Source of the DNA: an uncultured Actinomycetota bacterium
GTDB taxonomy: Bacteria; Actinomycetota; UBA4738; HRBIN12
Direction: 5' to 3'
DNA: 64,000 bases
Assembly: GCA_963839395.1 (NCBI GenBank)
Contig: CAWIUW010000002.1
Coordinates: forward strand, 64,057-128,056
In this document: positions 1-9,833 of the stretch, piece after piece
Layout of the letters: each line of letters starts with the position of its first letter
Position numbering within the stretch: position 1 is the stretch's first letter
Position numbers and translations under genes: made by a program
The notes under the pieces: generated by a model
What the model was told of the DNA's origin: nothing
The model's input: only the letters and a program-made list of their open reading frames with translations
Databases searched by the model: none

Positions 1-500
1 TCTCACTCGCGGACGAAGCGGAGTTCCTCGAGCGGGTGCGCGCATCGAGAGCGTTCCATCGCCCCTGGTCGTATCCGCCGTCCACCCCGCACGCCTTCCG
101 CGAGCACGTCCGAGGGGCCCCCGCGCACGACGAGCGTCTGGTGGTCTGCCGGAACGAGGATGACGCGATCGTCGGCTATTTCAGCCTGAGCCGGATCGTT
201 CTCGGGATGTTCCGCAACGCCTACCTCGGCTACTACGCGTTCGAGCCCTACGCCGGGAAGGGGTACATGCGTGAAGGGTTGGAGCTCGTCCTTCGGCACG
301 CCTTCGACGACCTGCGTCTCCATCGGGTGCAGGCGAGCGTGCAACCCGGCAACGAGCGTTCGGCCGAGCTGGTCCGCCGAGCCGGATTCCGGAACGAGGG
401 CCTCGCGCTGCGCTACCTGAAGGTGGGCGGTCGCTGGCGCGATCACGATCGATGGGCGATGACCGTCGAGGACAGGAGGGAGCGCCGCCGACCGGCCTAG
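1..500 (+). CDS. GNAT acetyltransferase, RimJ/RimL family (5' end probably outside window)
   Basis: Motifs AYLGYYAFEPYAGKGYMREGL, LHRVQASVQPGNERS and GRWRDHDRW; the frame is open back to the window edge. Confidence 0.85.
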   Translation, partial: SLADEAEFLERVRASRAFHRPWSYPPSTPHAFREHVRGAPAHDERLVVCRNEDDAIVGYFSLSRIVLGMFRNAYLGYYAFEPYAGKGYMREGLELVLRHAFDDLRLHRVQASVQPGNERSAELVRRAGFRNEGLALRYLKVGGRWRDHDRWAMTVEDRRERRRPA

Positions 501-588
501 GTCCAAGGGCTCGTTCCGAATCGGCCGTCCGTCCGGTGGAGCGCACCACGCGGGGGACTACAGTTGGCCGTGCAGGGAGGGAGATCCG

Positions 589-978
589 TTGGACGCAGGC
601 ATGCCCCAAGACCACACCGTCGATTCGCCGCTGGCGACCGTCCGCGCGATCCTGCCGTCCCCACACCTGCTGTCGAACGGTCCGGTCCGGTACCTCCTCG
701 TCGCAGGTGAGCGGGACGATGGCGGGTGGGGATCGATCGGCGCCTTCTGGCGCACGATCGACGGCTGGAACGGAGGGTTCCTCGTGAGCCCCGACGCGAT
801 CTGGGCCGGGAGCGAGATGGTGCGGAGCTTCCGCAGCGCGCAGGGACGAGGTTGGTCTGTCGACAAGATCTACGGGTACTGGCAGTCGCACGTGGGCGTG
901 GCCGGAACGCTCATGATCGACCCGCAGCAGCACGCGGACACGCTGTTCCAGGTCGCGCGGCGCGTCGGCGCGATCTGA
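589..978 (+). CDS. hypothetical protein (Trp/Gly-rich, 129 aa)
   Basis: SD-like GGGAGGGAG before the TTG start; fills the gap between the GNAT gene and the ftsK end; no recognisable motif. Confidence 0.6.
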   Translation: MDAGMPQDHTVDSPLATVRAILPSPHLLSNGPVRYLLVAGERDDGGWGSIGAFWRTIDGWNGGFLVSPDAIWAGSEMVRSFRSAQGRGWSVDKIYGYWQSHVGVAGTLMIDPQQHADTLFQVARRVGAI

Positions 979-985
979 TCGAGGC

Positions 986-3292
986 CTAGGCGGAGCGGCG
1001 CTCCTCCCACTCGTCCCACGTGAGGAGTACATCTCTGGCCTTCGAACCCTGGGAAGGCCCGACGAGACCTTGCTCCTCCATCAGATCCATGATCCTGCCG
1101 GCCCGGGCGAACCCGACCTTGAGCTTCCGCTGCAGCATCGAGGTCGACCCCAACTGCGAGCGGATCACCAGCTCGGCCGCCTGTTCCAACAGGTCGTCGT
1201 CGTCACCGATGCCGTGCTCACCCGTGCCCTCGCCGGGCGGGAGCGCCAATCCCTCGACCGTGTTCTCGTAGACGACCTCCCGTTGGGCGCGGATGAAGTC
1301 GGAGATCGCTCGGACCTCACCTTCCGTGACCCAGGCGCCCTGGATGCGGACCGGCTTCGAGATGTTGGAGGGTGCGAACAGCATGTCGCCGTGCCCCACG
1401 AGCTTCTCGGCACCGTTCATGTCGAGGATCACGCGTGAGTCGGCCTGCGATGACGTCATCAGCGCGATGCGCGAGGGGATGTTCGCCTTGATCAGGCCGG
1501 TGACGACGTCGACCGAGGGACGCTGCGTCGCGACGACGAGATGGATCCCGACGGCACGCGCCATCTGCGCCACGCGGCAGATCGCGTCCTCGACCGCGCG
1601 CGGGGCCACCATCATCAGGTCGGCCAGCTCGTCGATCACGACGACGATGAACGGCATGTGTTCGAACTTCTCCTCCATGCCGGGTGGGATCCGCAGCGTG
1701 CCGTCGCGCAATCCCTCCTCGTAGGAGTCGATGTCGCGGACACCGACGGTCGCGAGCAGCTCGTAGCGCATCTCCATCTCGCGGACGATCCACTGCAGCG
1801 CCTCGGCCGCGCGCTTCGGATGCACGATCACCGGCGAGAGCAGGTGCGGCACGCCGCCGAAGTGACTGAGCTCCACGCGCTTGGGGTCCACGAGGACGAG
1901 CCGGACGTCCTCGGGGGTCGTCCTCGCGAGCAACGAGGTGATGAAGGAGTTCACGAGCGACGACTTCCCGGCTCCGGTGGCGCCGGCGATCAGCAGGTGC
2001 GGCATCTCGGCGAGGTTCACCATCCGCGCCCGGCCGTGGACGTCCTTGCCCAGCGCCACCTCGAGTGGATGGGTCGCCTGCTTCGCGGCCGGGGAACGGA
2101 GGACGTCTCCCACCATGACGAAGTCCCGATGCGTGTTGGGGACCTCGATGCCGATGGCCGACTTGCCGGGGATCGGCGCCTGGATCCGGACGTCGGGCGA
2201 CGCGAGCGCGTAGGAGATATCGCTCGAGAGGCTGACGACCTTGCTCACCTTGGTGCCGGACGCGACCGCCACCTCGTACATCGTGACCGTCGGGCCGCGG
2301 TGCGCACCCACGACCTTGGCGTCGACCCCGAAGGTGTGCAGCGTCCGTTCCAGGGCCGCCAACGTGTCGCGCTCGGCGCGCGAGTCCGCGTTGGACGGAG
2401 GTGCCGTCCGCAGCAGGTCGAGCGGCGGAAGCTGGTAGGGACCGTTGGGGGTCGCCACCGTGCGGGTGGACGAGGCTTTGGCGGCCGGCAGTCCGGGTTC
2501 GGTCGCGAACACCGGCTCCTCCTCGACGGCCGGGATCGTTTCCGTGGAGGTGGCGTCGTCCGCATCGGGCACGAGGACGACGTCCCCGTCGTCGAGTCCG
2601 AACGCCTGCCGCCACGACCACCGCCGTCGCGGCTTCACCTGTTCGGTCTCACGAGCCTTCGCGGAGACGGGGTCTCGCTCGTCTCGCTCCTCTCGGAACG
2701 TGTCGATCTTCTCCTTGACCGCTGCGAACGGCGTCCCGGTGAAGATCAACAGCCCGAGGGTCGCGAGCCCCGCGCACACGATCGCCGCGCCGATCGGCGA
2801 GATGACCCGGGCGAGGGGCCAGGCGGCCAAGGCGCCCACGATCCCGCCGGCGTCGGCGAGCGCTTCCTGGCCTTCGGTGAAGCTCGGGTTGCCCGCGAAC
2901 AACGAGACCAGACCCAGGACGCCGGCCACGAGCACGCAGCATCCGATGAACATCCGGACCCGGTCCTCGCGCGCCGTGTCCTTGAGGAGCACGAAGCCCC
3001 ACCACGCACCGAAGACCGGGAACGCGTAGGCCCCGATGCCGAAGGCTCCTCCGATCAGCCAGGCGATGCCTCTGCCCAGCGGGCCGCCGGCCTCGAACCA
3101 GACCGAGAGCACGGCGAGAAGGGACAGGACGATGAGCCCGATGCCGAGGGCGTCGCGCGCCCACGGCGACAGCACCGTCCGGACGGAGGTCTTGGACGGC
3201 TTCCTCTTCCTCGAGGGCGCCTTCTTCTTCGAGGGTCGCGAGCGCGACCCGCTGCTCCCGGACCTCCGGGAGGGGGAAGTCTTCGTGGCCAT
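986..3292 (-). CDS. ftsK: DNA translocase FtsK/SpoIIIE
   Basis: N-terminal 4TM region, PHLLIAGATGAGKS Walker A, VVIDELADLMM, ATQRPSVDV, C-terminal gamma domain. Confidence 0.97.
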   Translation of the reverse strand: MATKTSPSRRSGSSGSRSRPSKKKAPSRKRKPSKTSVRTVLSPWARDALGIGLIVLSLLAVLSVWFEAGGPLGRGIAWLIGGAFGIGAYAFPVFGAWWGFVLLKDTAREDRVRMFIGCCVLVAGVLGLVSLFAGNPSFTEGQEALADAGGIVGALAAWPLARVISPIGAAIVCAGLATLGLLIFTGTPFAAVKEKIDTFREERDERDPVSAKARETEQVKPRRRWSWRQAFGLDDGDVVLVPDADDATSTETIPAVEEEPVFATEPGLPAAKASSTRTVATPNGPYQLPPLDLLRTAPPSNADSRAERDTLAALERTLHTFGVDAKVVGAHRGPTVTMYEVAVASGTKVSKVVSLSSDISYALASPDVRIQAPIPGKSAIGIEVPNTHRDFVMVGDVLRSPAAKQATHPLEVALGKDVHGRARMVNLAEMPHLLIAGATGAGKSSLVNSFITSLLARTTPEDVRLVLVDPKRVELSHFGGVPHLLSPVIVHPKRAAEALQWIVREMEMRYELLATVGVRDIDSYEEGLRDGTLRIPPGMEEKFEHMPFIVVVIDELADLMMVAPRAVEDAICRVAQMARAVGIHLVVATQRPSVDVVTGLIKANIPSRIALMTSSQADSRVILDMNGAEKLVGHGDMLFAPSNISKPVRIQGAWVTEGEVRAISDFIRAQREVVYENTVEGLALPPGEGTGEHGIGDDDDLLEQAAELVIRSQLGSTSMLQRKLKVGFARAGRIMDLMEEQGLVGPSQGSKARDVLLTWDEWEERRSA

Positions 3293-3344
3293 GTTCGGAC
3301 AAGCATGACGGGTGAGGCGGACGCTTCAAGGACCCGAGGTGTGC

Positions 3345-5024
3345 TCAGACCTCCATGATCACCGGCAGGATCACCGGCTTGCGCTGCGTCACCTCGTTGA
3401 AGTACCTCTTGAGCACGCGACGGACGTTCTGCTGGAGGGCGGACTGGTCGGTCACGTGCGCCTCCGCGGACTCCTTCACCGCCTGGATGACCCGCTCCCG
3501 CGCCTCCTCGAGGATGTCGCCCGAGGTCTCCTCGTGGACGAATCCGCGGTTGACGACGTCCGGGCCGCCGACCAGCTCGCCGGTCTGTGAGTCCACGATG
3601 ATGACGACCACGACCACCCCGTCCGCCGAGAGCTTGCGGCGGTCCCGCAGCACCTCACCGCCGACGTCACCGATCCCGAGCCCGTCGACGAACGTCATCC
3701 CCGCGCGGATCCGGTCGAGCTGCCGCAGCTCCTCGCCCACCTCGACCACGTCGCCGTCCTCGCAGACGAGCGTCCGCTCCGGAGGGATCCCGACCTCGTG
3801 CGCGAGCCTGGCGTGATGCTGGAGGTGGCGCCGCTCGCCGTGGACCGGGATGAACCAGCGAGGTCGCACGAGGGAGAGCATCAGCCGCAGCTCCTCCTGG
3901 GCGGCGTGGCCGGAGGCGTGCACCGGGTCCGAAGGCATGTGGAAGACGTCGGCGCCCGTGCGGTAGAGAGCGTCGACCACGCGATGGATCGCCGGCTCGT
4001 TCCCGGGGATCAGCGAGGAGGACAGGACCACGGTCTCGCCCGGTCCGATGTCGACCCACTTGTGCTGGCGCTGCGCCATGAGCGACAGCGCCGAGTACGG
4101 CTCTCCCTGCGAGCCGGTGCAGATGACGACGACGCGGCCGGGATCCAGCCGATCGATCTCCTCGATGTCGACGACGTCTTGATCCTCGACGTTCAGGAGT
4201 CCGAGTCCCCTGGCTGCGTCCACGGACTTGTGCATCGATCTGCCGAGGAACGCCACCACGCGCTCGTTGGCGCGCGCCGCGTTCACGATCTGCTGCACCC
4301 GATGGACGTGGCTCGAGAAGCAGGCCGCGATCACCAAGCCCGGAGCGCCCGCGACGATGTCCTGGAGCACGGGTCCCACGGTGCGCTCGCTGACGGAGTA
4401 CCCCGGCTCCTCGGCGTTGGTGGAGTCGGAGAGGAGCAGGTGCACGCCCTTCCCCCGTCCTGCCTCCTCGGCGAGCCCGTGCAGGTCGGTCGCTCTCCCG
4501 TCCAAGGGTGTCTGATCGATCTTGAAGTCGCCCGTGTGCACGATCGCCCCGAACGGGGTGTCGACCACGACCGCCATCCCGTCGGGGATCGAGTGCGTGA
4601 CCCGGAGGAATCGCATCGTGAACGGCCCGGTGGTCGCTTCCTCACCCGGCGTCACGGTCCTCAGATCGACGAGGTGGGTCACCTGGTGTTCCTCGAGCTT
4701 GCTCTGCAGCAGGGCGAGCGTGAACGCCGTTCCGTAGACCTCGAGCCGGCGATCGATGTCCCGAAGGAGATACGGGAGCGCCCCGATGTGGTCCTCGTGC
4801 CCGTGGGTGAGGACGACCCCCTGGATCTTGTCCGCCTGCTGGCGCACGAACTCGAAGTCCGGCAGGACGAGATCGATCCCCGGCATGTCGCCCGACGGGA
4901 ACGAGAGCCCGACGTCGATGATCAGGATGCGGTCGTCGAGCTCGAGGCAGGCCATGTTCCGACCGACCTCACCCACCCCTCCGAGGAAGACGAGTCGCGC
5001 GGGCGATCTAGAGGAGACCGGCAT
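3345..5024 (-). CDS. rnj: ribonuclease J
   Basis: LGGVGEVGRN, THGHEDHIG, HTGDFK, HASGHA motifs; downstream of dapA. Start at 5024 or 5057. Confidence 0.95.
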   Translation of the reverse strand: MPVSSRSPARLVFLGGVGEVGRNMACLELDDRILIIDVGLSFPSGDMPGIDLVLPDFEFVRQQADKIQGVVLTHGHEDHIGALPYLLRDIDRRLEVYGTAFTLALLQSKLEEHQVTHLVDLRTVTPGEEATTGPFTMRFLRVTHSIPDGMAVVVDTPFGAIVHTGDFKIDQTPLDGRATDLHGLAEEAGRGKGVHLLLSDSTNAEEPGYSVSERTVGPVLQDIVAGAPGLVIAACFSSHVHRVQQIVNAARANERVVAFLGRSMHKSVDAARGLGLLNVEDQDVVDIEEIDRLDPGRVVVICTGSQGEPYSALSLMAQRQHKWVDIGPGETVVLSSSLIPGNEPAIHRVVDALYRTGADVFHMPSDPVHASGHAAQEELRLMLSLVRPRWFIPVHGERRHLQHHARLAHEVGIPPERTLVCEDGDVVEVGEELRQLDRIRAGMTFVDGLGIGDVGGEVLRDRRKLSADGVVVVVIIVDSQTGELVGGPDVVNRGFVHEETSGDILEEARERVIQAVKESAEAHVTDQSALQQNVRRVLKRYFNEVTQRKPVILPVIMEV

Positions 5025-5892
5025 CCTCCAGTGCTTTGCGAACCCGGTCGCGCTCATCCGCCGTCGCAGGGACGAGCGGCAGGCGTGGCGGACCGGCGGG
5101 CCGGCCCAGCATGTCGAGGGCGGCCTTCACCGGGATCGGGTTGGACGTCACGAACAGGGCATTGAACAGCGGCGAGAGGTCCTCGTGCAGCTTGCGAGCC
5201 GCGGGGACGTCTCCGGTCTCGATCAGGTCGATCATCTGTCGGATCTGGGAGCCGACGAGATGCGATGCGACGCTCACCACTCCGACCGCTCCGAGGCACA
5301 CGTAACCGAACGTCGCCCAGTCGTCGCCGGAGTAGACCTCGAACCCGTCGGGAACCTCTGAGATCAGGTTCGAGATCGCCTTGAAGTCTCCCGTCGAGTC
5401 CTTCACGGCGACGATGTTCGGCTTCTCCGCGAGCCGGAGCATCGTCTCGTGCTCGATCCGCGTGCCCGTGCGGCTCGGGATGTTGTAGACGATGATCGGA
5501 AGCTCCGTGGCATCGGCGATGTGCTCGAAGTGCGCGATGAGCCCTCGCTGCGGCGGCTTGTTGTAGTACGGCGTGACGACGACGATGCCGTCCGCACCGG
5601 CGTCCTCGGCGGCCTGGGTCAGCTCGAGGGTCTCCGCGGTGGAGTAGGTGCCGGTGCCGCAGATGAGCTTCCCTTTCCCGCGGATCGCATCGCCCACCGC
5701 GCGGAACAGCTCGGCCTTCTCCTTGTGGGACAGGGTCGGGGACTCACCCGTCGAACCGACGACGAAGATCGAATCCGAGCCGTTGTCCGTGAGCCACGAG
5801 GCCAGCTCCTGCGCCCCGTCGAGGTCGACGGCGTGGTCGGACCGGAACGGCGTGACCATCGCGGTGACGACGGATCCGAACGTTCCGGCCAT
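5008..5892 (-). CDS. dapA: 4-hydroxy-tetrahydrodipicolinate synthase
   Basis: TAMVTPF, GSTGESPTL, YNIPSRTG, VKDSTGD. Confidence 0.95.
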   Translation of the reverse strand: MAGTFGSVVTAMVTPFRSDHAVDLDGAQELASWLTDNGSDSIFVVGSTGESPTLSHKEKAELFRAVGDAIRGKGKLICGTGTYSTAETLELTQAAEDAGADGIVVVTPYYNKPPQRGLIAHFEHIADATELPIIVYNIPSRTGTRIEHETMLRLAEKPNIVAVKDSTGDFKAISNLISEVPDGFEVYSGDDWATFGYVCLGAVGVVSVASHLVGSQIRQMIDLIETGDVPAARKLHEDLSPLFNALFVTSNPIPVKAALDMLGRPAGPPRLPLVPATADERDRVRKALEDAGLL

Positions 5893-5975
5893 GCGAAGCC
5901 TCCTAGGTCTGGCGGTCCTCGGGATCCCGAACGGATCGTCGGGGCGCCCGCAGCGACGCCCTATGCTAGCTCCCC

Positions 5976-6524
5976 ATGCCGCGCATCTACACGAAGACCG
6001 GCGACGACGGCACCACGGGGCTCTTGTATGGAGGCCGTGTCCCGAAGGACGACGCCGCGACCGAGGCCTACGGGACGACGGATGAAGCCGTTGCCGTGCT
6101 CGGACTGGCTCGAGCGTCGTCCGAGCCGATGATGGCGGAGGAGCTCCTTGCCCTGCAACGGGACCTCTTCGTGGTGGGCGCCGATCTGGCGACGAACCCG
6201 GCCGAGCGCGCGAAGCTCCAGCCCGGCGTCTCGCTCGTGACGGCCGACATGACCGAGCGCCTGGAGCGGCGGATCGACGAGTTGGTAGCCGAGCGTGCGT
6301 TGCCGCAGGCGTTCATCGTGCCCGGGGCGAACGAGGGAAGCGCGGCGCTCGACCTCGCCCGGAGCGTGATCCGGCGGGCGGAGCGTCACGTCGTGGCCCT
6401 CGAACGCGAAGACCGCGACGTGAACCCCGAGGTCAGGCGTTATCTGAACCGGCTGAGCGATCTCGTGTTCGTCCTCGCCCGCCGGCAGGCGGGCGAGGAC
6501 GAACCCGCGAGTCGCGAACGCTAG
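5976..6524 (+). CDS. cob(I)alamin adenosyltransferase, PduO type
   Basis: RIYTKTGDDGTT, AYGTTDE, RRAER, YLNRLSDLVF. Confidence 0.93.
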   Translation: MPRIYTKTGDDGTTGLLYGGRVPKDDAATEAYGTTDEAVAVLGLARASSEPMMAEELLALQRDLFVVGADLATNPAERAKLQPGVSLVTADMTERLERRIDELVAERALPQAFIVPGANEGSAALDLARSVIRRAERHVVALEREDRDVNPEVRRYLNRLSDLVFVLARRQAGEDEPASRER

Positions 6525-7713
6525 CCCAGGACCGCGTCGATCCCGAAGCCTGTGCCGGATTCAACGGTGAACTCGAACGTCGTGTCGCAGGTCGTCGAGG
6601 AGTAGAGAACCTCTCGCTGCCCACCCGTGTCCGTCGGATGTGATGTCGCCCTGGGCGTTGCCGTCCGCTGTCACACTCACGGTCCAGGTATCCGTGCGAG
6701 GACCGATCAGTTCGAAGAGACAGTCGCCCGGATCGCCGAATTCGTAGGTGAAGACGTCGGTCACCGCCATCTCGGAGTATGACGTCCAGCTCGCCGAACG
6801 CGGCGGGCTCGTCGGAACGGGCGTCGGAGCGACCGAGAAGCCGGCCTGGACGACCGAGATCGTCGTCGTCGATGGGGATGTACACCCGACGGATCCTGAT
6901 CCTCTGGTTCCCCTGCTTATCGACCGCGACCACGCGGTAGTCGAACCGGGTGCCTTCGGCGCCGACGACGTCGGGGCTCTTGGCTCCCCCGCTCGTGCCC
7001 GAGGTCACGAACAGCCACGATGGGAGTCCGAGCTGGCGGCGCTGCAGGGTCCACGACTGGATCCCCGAGTGCGCATCGGAGACGGAGAACGGGAAGGTGA
7101 AGTTCGCCGTCGTCGAGTTCTCCCACACGCGGAGCGGGGTCGGTTCGAGGTTCACGCCCGGCGGGATCATGTCGTGGAGCATGTCGGGGAAGTTGTTGGG
7201 TACGAAGTCGATGCAGGCCCCGCACGGAGCCCGCCCCTCCCAGCGGCTCGCGACAGCCCACCAGTACACGTTGCCCGTCTGGCTCTTCGGGATCGTGATC
7301 GACGCGACGGTCCCCGAGAGCTTCGCCACGGGAAGGTATCGGATGAACTGGTTTCCGCAGTTCGTCAGCGACCCTCGGAGCCGCGTGGTGTAGAAGATGA
7401 ATGCGCAGCGCTCGTAGTCCCCCTGCGGGCCGTTGTTCTTGTCGATCTGGATGAGGAAGAACGAGTCGTGGCCGAGTGCCTTCGGTTTCCAGGATTCGAA
7501 GGTCCTGACCTTGTGCACCACGGCCGTGGATGTGTGACTCACCGAGACCGACCGGAGATCGAGCCTGCCCGGGGAGTCGTTGCCGTCGATCCTGGTGGAG
7601 TTGTGCGCGGCGGCCGGCCCCGCCCACAGCACAGTCGAGACGAGCAGAAGGGCGACGGCCGTGAGGAGCATCTTCATCGTGGAGCGGCGGGACCTGGCTG
7701 CGTTCCGAGACAT
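6521..7713 (-). CDS. secreted protein with FN3/Ig-like segment; 3' part frameshifted in this sequence
   Basis: Signal peptide (MKMLLTAVALLLVSTVLWAGPAAA), YRVVAVDKQGN FN3-like motif. Coding-like text continues in other frames (MAVTDVFTYEFG...; ...FTVESGTGFGIDAVLG*) to a stop at 6521. Confidence 0.6.
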
Positions 7714-7806
7714 CGAACCTCCAAGGGGCGAGCCCGCGACCCTACACTGCCGTTGCGCCCGGAGGCAAGGGACCGATCGGCTCCATCCCCGCTGACGCGG
7801 GTGATG

Positions 7807-9021
7807 TCAGAAGTCGATCACGCACCAGGGCGCCGGCGTCGAGGCGAACATCGCGTCGGCCCGGTCGAGCGCACCCGCCGAATGCTCGATCACCTGGCCC
7901 GCCCACGCCAGCTGCCGGAAGCTCGCGCCGCCGAGGTACGTCGCACCGAGCATGTTCACCGAGCCGGAGAGGTCCGGGTCGGCATCGGTGCGGGCCGATC
8001 GACCCGCGCCCCCCTCCGCGATCAGCTCGTACGTGCCGGAGGTGTCCGGCCGGAAAGGGTCGTCGATCCGGAAGACCACACGGCCGTCCGCCGTGTAGCG
8101 GCGCGCCTCGAGCGCGGCGACGACGTCCACCAGCCGCAGCCACAGGCCGTCGGAGACACTGAACCCCAGACGCCGAGGCTCTCGCAGCAGGTGCAGGAGC
8201 GGCTCGTCGACGGGACGGTTCCAGGCCTCGACCGTGGCCACGAGATCCACATCGAAGAGGTACCGCCAGATGTCCGCGTAGCCGGACGGCGTGGACGCGA
8301 CGCACTCCGTCAGGTTGAGGGTGCCGGCCGGGATCGATCGAGTCCAGTCATGCTTGACCCAGTAGACCGCGTAGGCGTCGGCCTCGTCCTTCTCGTCCAG
8401 ATGCACCGCGTACATCCACGCCCGATCCTTCTCCTCGCCGACGATGGAGAAGATCTGATCCCGCAGCACTTCGTTCCGCTCGACGCCACCGGGGCGGAGC
8501 GCGGCGTCGTACACCCGATCGATCACCGGCAACGCGTCCTCCTTCGAGAGGAGCTCGACACGCCCGCGGGGCTCGTATCCGCGCACGAACGCCGTCCGCG
8601 CGGACTCCGCCTTGATCTCACCGAAGAGTCCGGCGAGCCCGTAGCCGAAGCGTCCGTAGATCGCTCCCTCGGATGCGAACAGTGCGGCGAGCGGCTCACC
8701 TCGGTCCGCCGCTTGGTCGAGGATCGCGCTCATCATGCGCGTGTTGATCCCGCGACGACGATGCGTCGGATGCACGCCCACCATCGTCACGCCCGCGGTC
8801 GGGATCCTCGCTCCACCCGGCACCATCATCCGGAACGTGATCGCGGCGGACGTGCCCACGATCCGGCTGCCGTCGACGGCGGCGAAGGAACGATCCACCT
8901 CGATCACGGGGAGCGAGGCTTCGATCTCGTCGTCCTTGGCGGCCGAGCTGAACGCGGTCTCTGCAGCCCGAACCCAATCGGCGCGTTCCTCGCTCGTGAT
9001 GGTGCGGATCTCGACGTCCAT
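7807..9021 (-). CDS. Eis-family GNAT acetyltransferase with C-terminal SCP2-like domain
   Basis: VTMVGVHPTHRRRG, ALFASEGAIYGRFGYG, DGLWLRLVDV, C-terminal WCVIDF. Confidence 0.9.
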   Translation of the reverse strand: MDVEIRTITSEERADWVRAAETAFSSAAKDDEIEASLPVIEVDRSFAAVDGSRIVGTSAAITFRMMVPGGARIPTAGVTMVGVHPTHRRRGINTRMMSAILDQAADRGEPLAALFASEGAIYGRFGYGLAGLFGEIKAESARTAFVRGYEPRGRVELLSKEDALPVIDRVYDAALRPGGVERNEVLRDQIFSIVGEEKDRAWMYAVHLDEKDEADAYAVYWVKHDWTRSIPAGTLNLTECVASTPSGYADIWRYLFDVDLVATVEAWNRPVDEPLLHLLREPRRLGFSVSDGLWLRLVDVVAALEARRYTADGRVVFRIDDPFRPDTSGTYELIAEGGAGRSARTDADPDLSGSVNMLGATYLGGASFRQLAWAGQVIEHSAGALDRADAMFASTPAPWCVIDF

Positions 9022-9065
9022 GAGGCACGGAGCCTATCGGCTCTGTGCCGGCGTCTCGGCCGGCC

Positions 9066-9833
9066 TCACGCCAGGATGGCGTCGAGGCCCACGGTCAGGC
9101 CCGGATGCGAGGGCACCCAGCGGATCGCCATCAGGACTCCAGGCACGAACGACGTCCGGTCCGTGGAGTCGTGCCGGATCGTGAGCGTCTGTCCCTGGCC
9201 ACCGAAGATGACCTCCTGATGCGCCACGAGGCCGGGGAGCCGGATCGAATGGATCCGGATGCCGGCTCGTTCGCCGCCCCGGACCCCGGGGACGGACTCG
9301 GAGGACGGTGCGCTCCACGTGTCCGGGCGAGTGGCCGCGACGGCATCCGCCGTCGCGGCCGCCGTCCCGGACGGGGCGTCTGCCTTCTGGTCGTGATGCA
9401 GCTCGACGATCTCGACCGCCGGCAGATATCGCCCGGCCTGCGCCGCGAAGCGCTGCATCAGCGCCGCGCCGATCGCGAAGTTGGGCGCCACGAACACACC
9501 GACGGGCGCGGCGCGCCACGAGTCGTCCAGCTCGAAGCCGGTGGTGCCCACGACGATGTGCATCGCGTGCTCGATCGCCCAGCCGATGTGCTCCGGGGCG
9601 AACTCGGCGTTCGTGAAGTCGACCGCGACCTCGACGCCCGCCTCGATGAACGAGTCCAGGTTCTCCGCGAGCACGACGTCCGAGCCCTGCAGCCCGAGCG
9701 CTTCGGAGACCTTCTCCCCCGCCTTCGAACGGGAGATCCCCGCGACGAGCTCCATCTCCGCGTCGGCGTGGACGGCGCGGCACACCTCGGCGCCGACTCG
9801 TCCCGTCGCGCCGATCACGCCGACGCGGATCAC
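9066..9833 (-). CDS. dapB: 4-hydroxy-tetrahydrodipicolinate reductase
   Basis: VIRVGVIGATGRVG, VVGTTG, ELHHDQKADAPSGTA; GTG start overlaps the stop of the M16 gene. Confidence 0.95.
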   Translation of the reverse strand: MIRVGVIGATGRVGAEVCRAVHADAEMELVAGISRSKAGEKVSEALGLQGSDVVLAENLDSFIEAGVEVAVDFTNAEFAPEHIGWAIEHAMHIVVGTTGFELDDSWRAAPVGVFVAPNFAIGAALMQRFAAQAGRYLPAVEIVELHHDQKADAPSGTAAATADAVAATRPDTWSAPSSESVPGVRGGERAGIRIHSIRLPGLVAHQEVIFGGQGQTLTIRHDSTDRTSFVPGVLMAIRWVPSHPGLTVGLDAILA

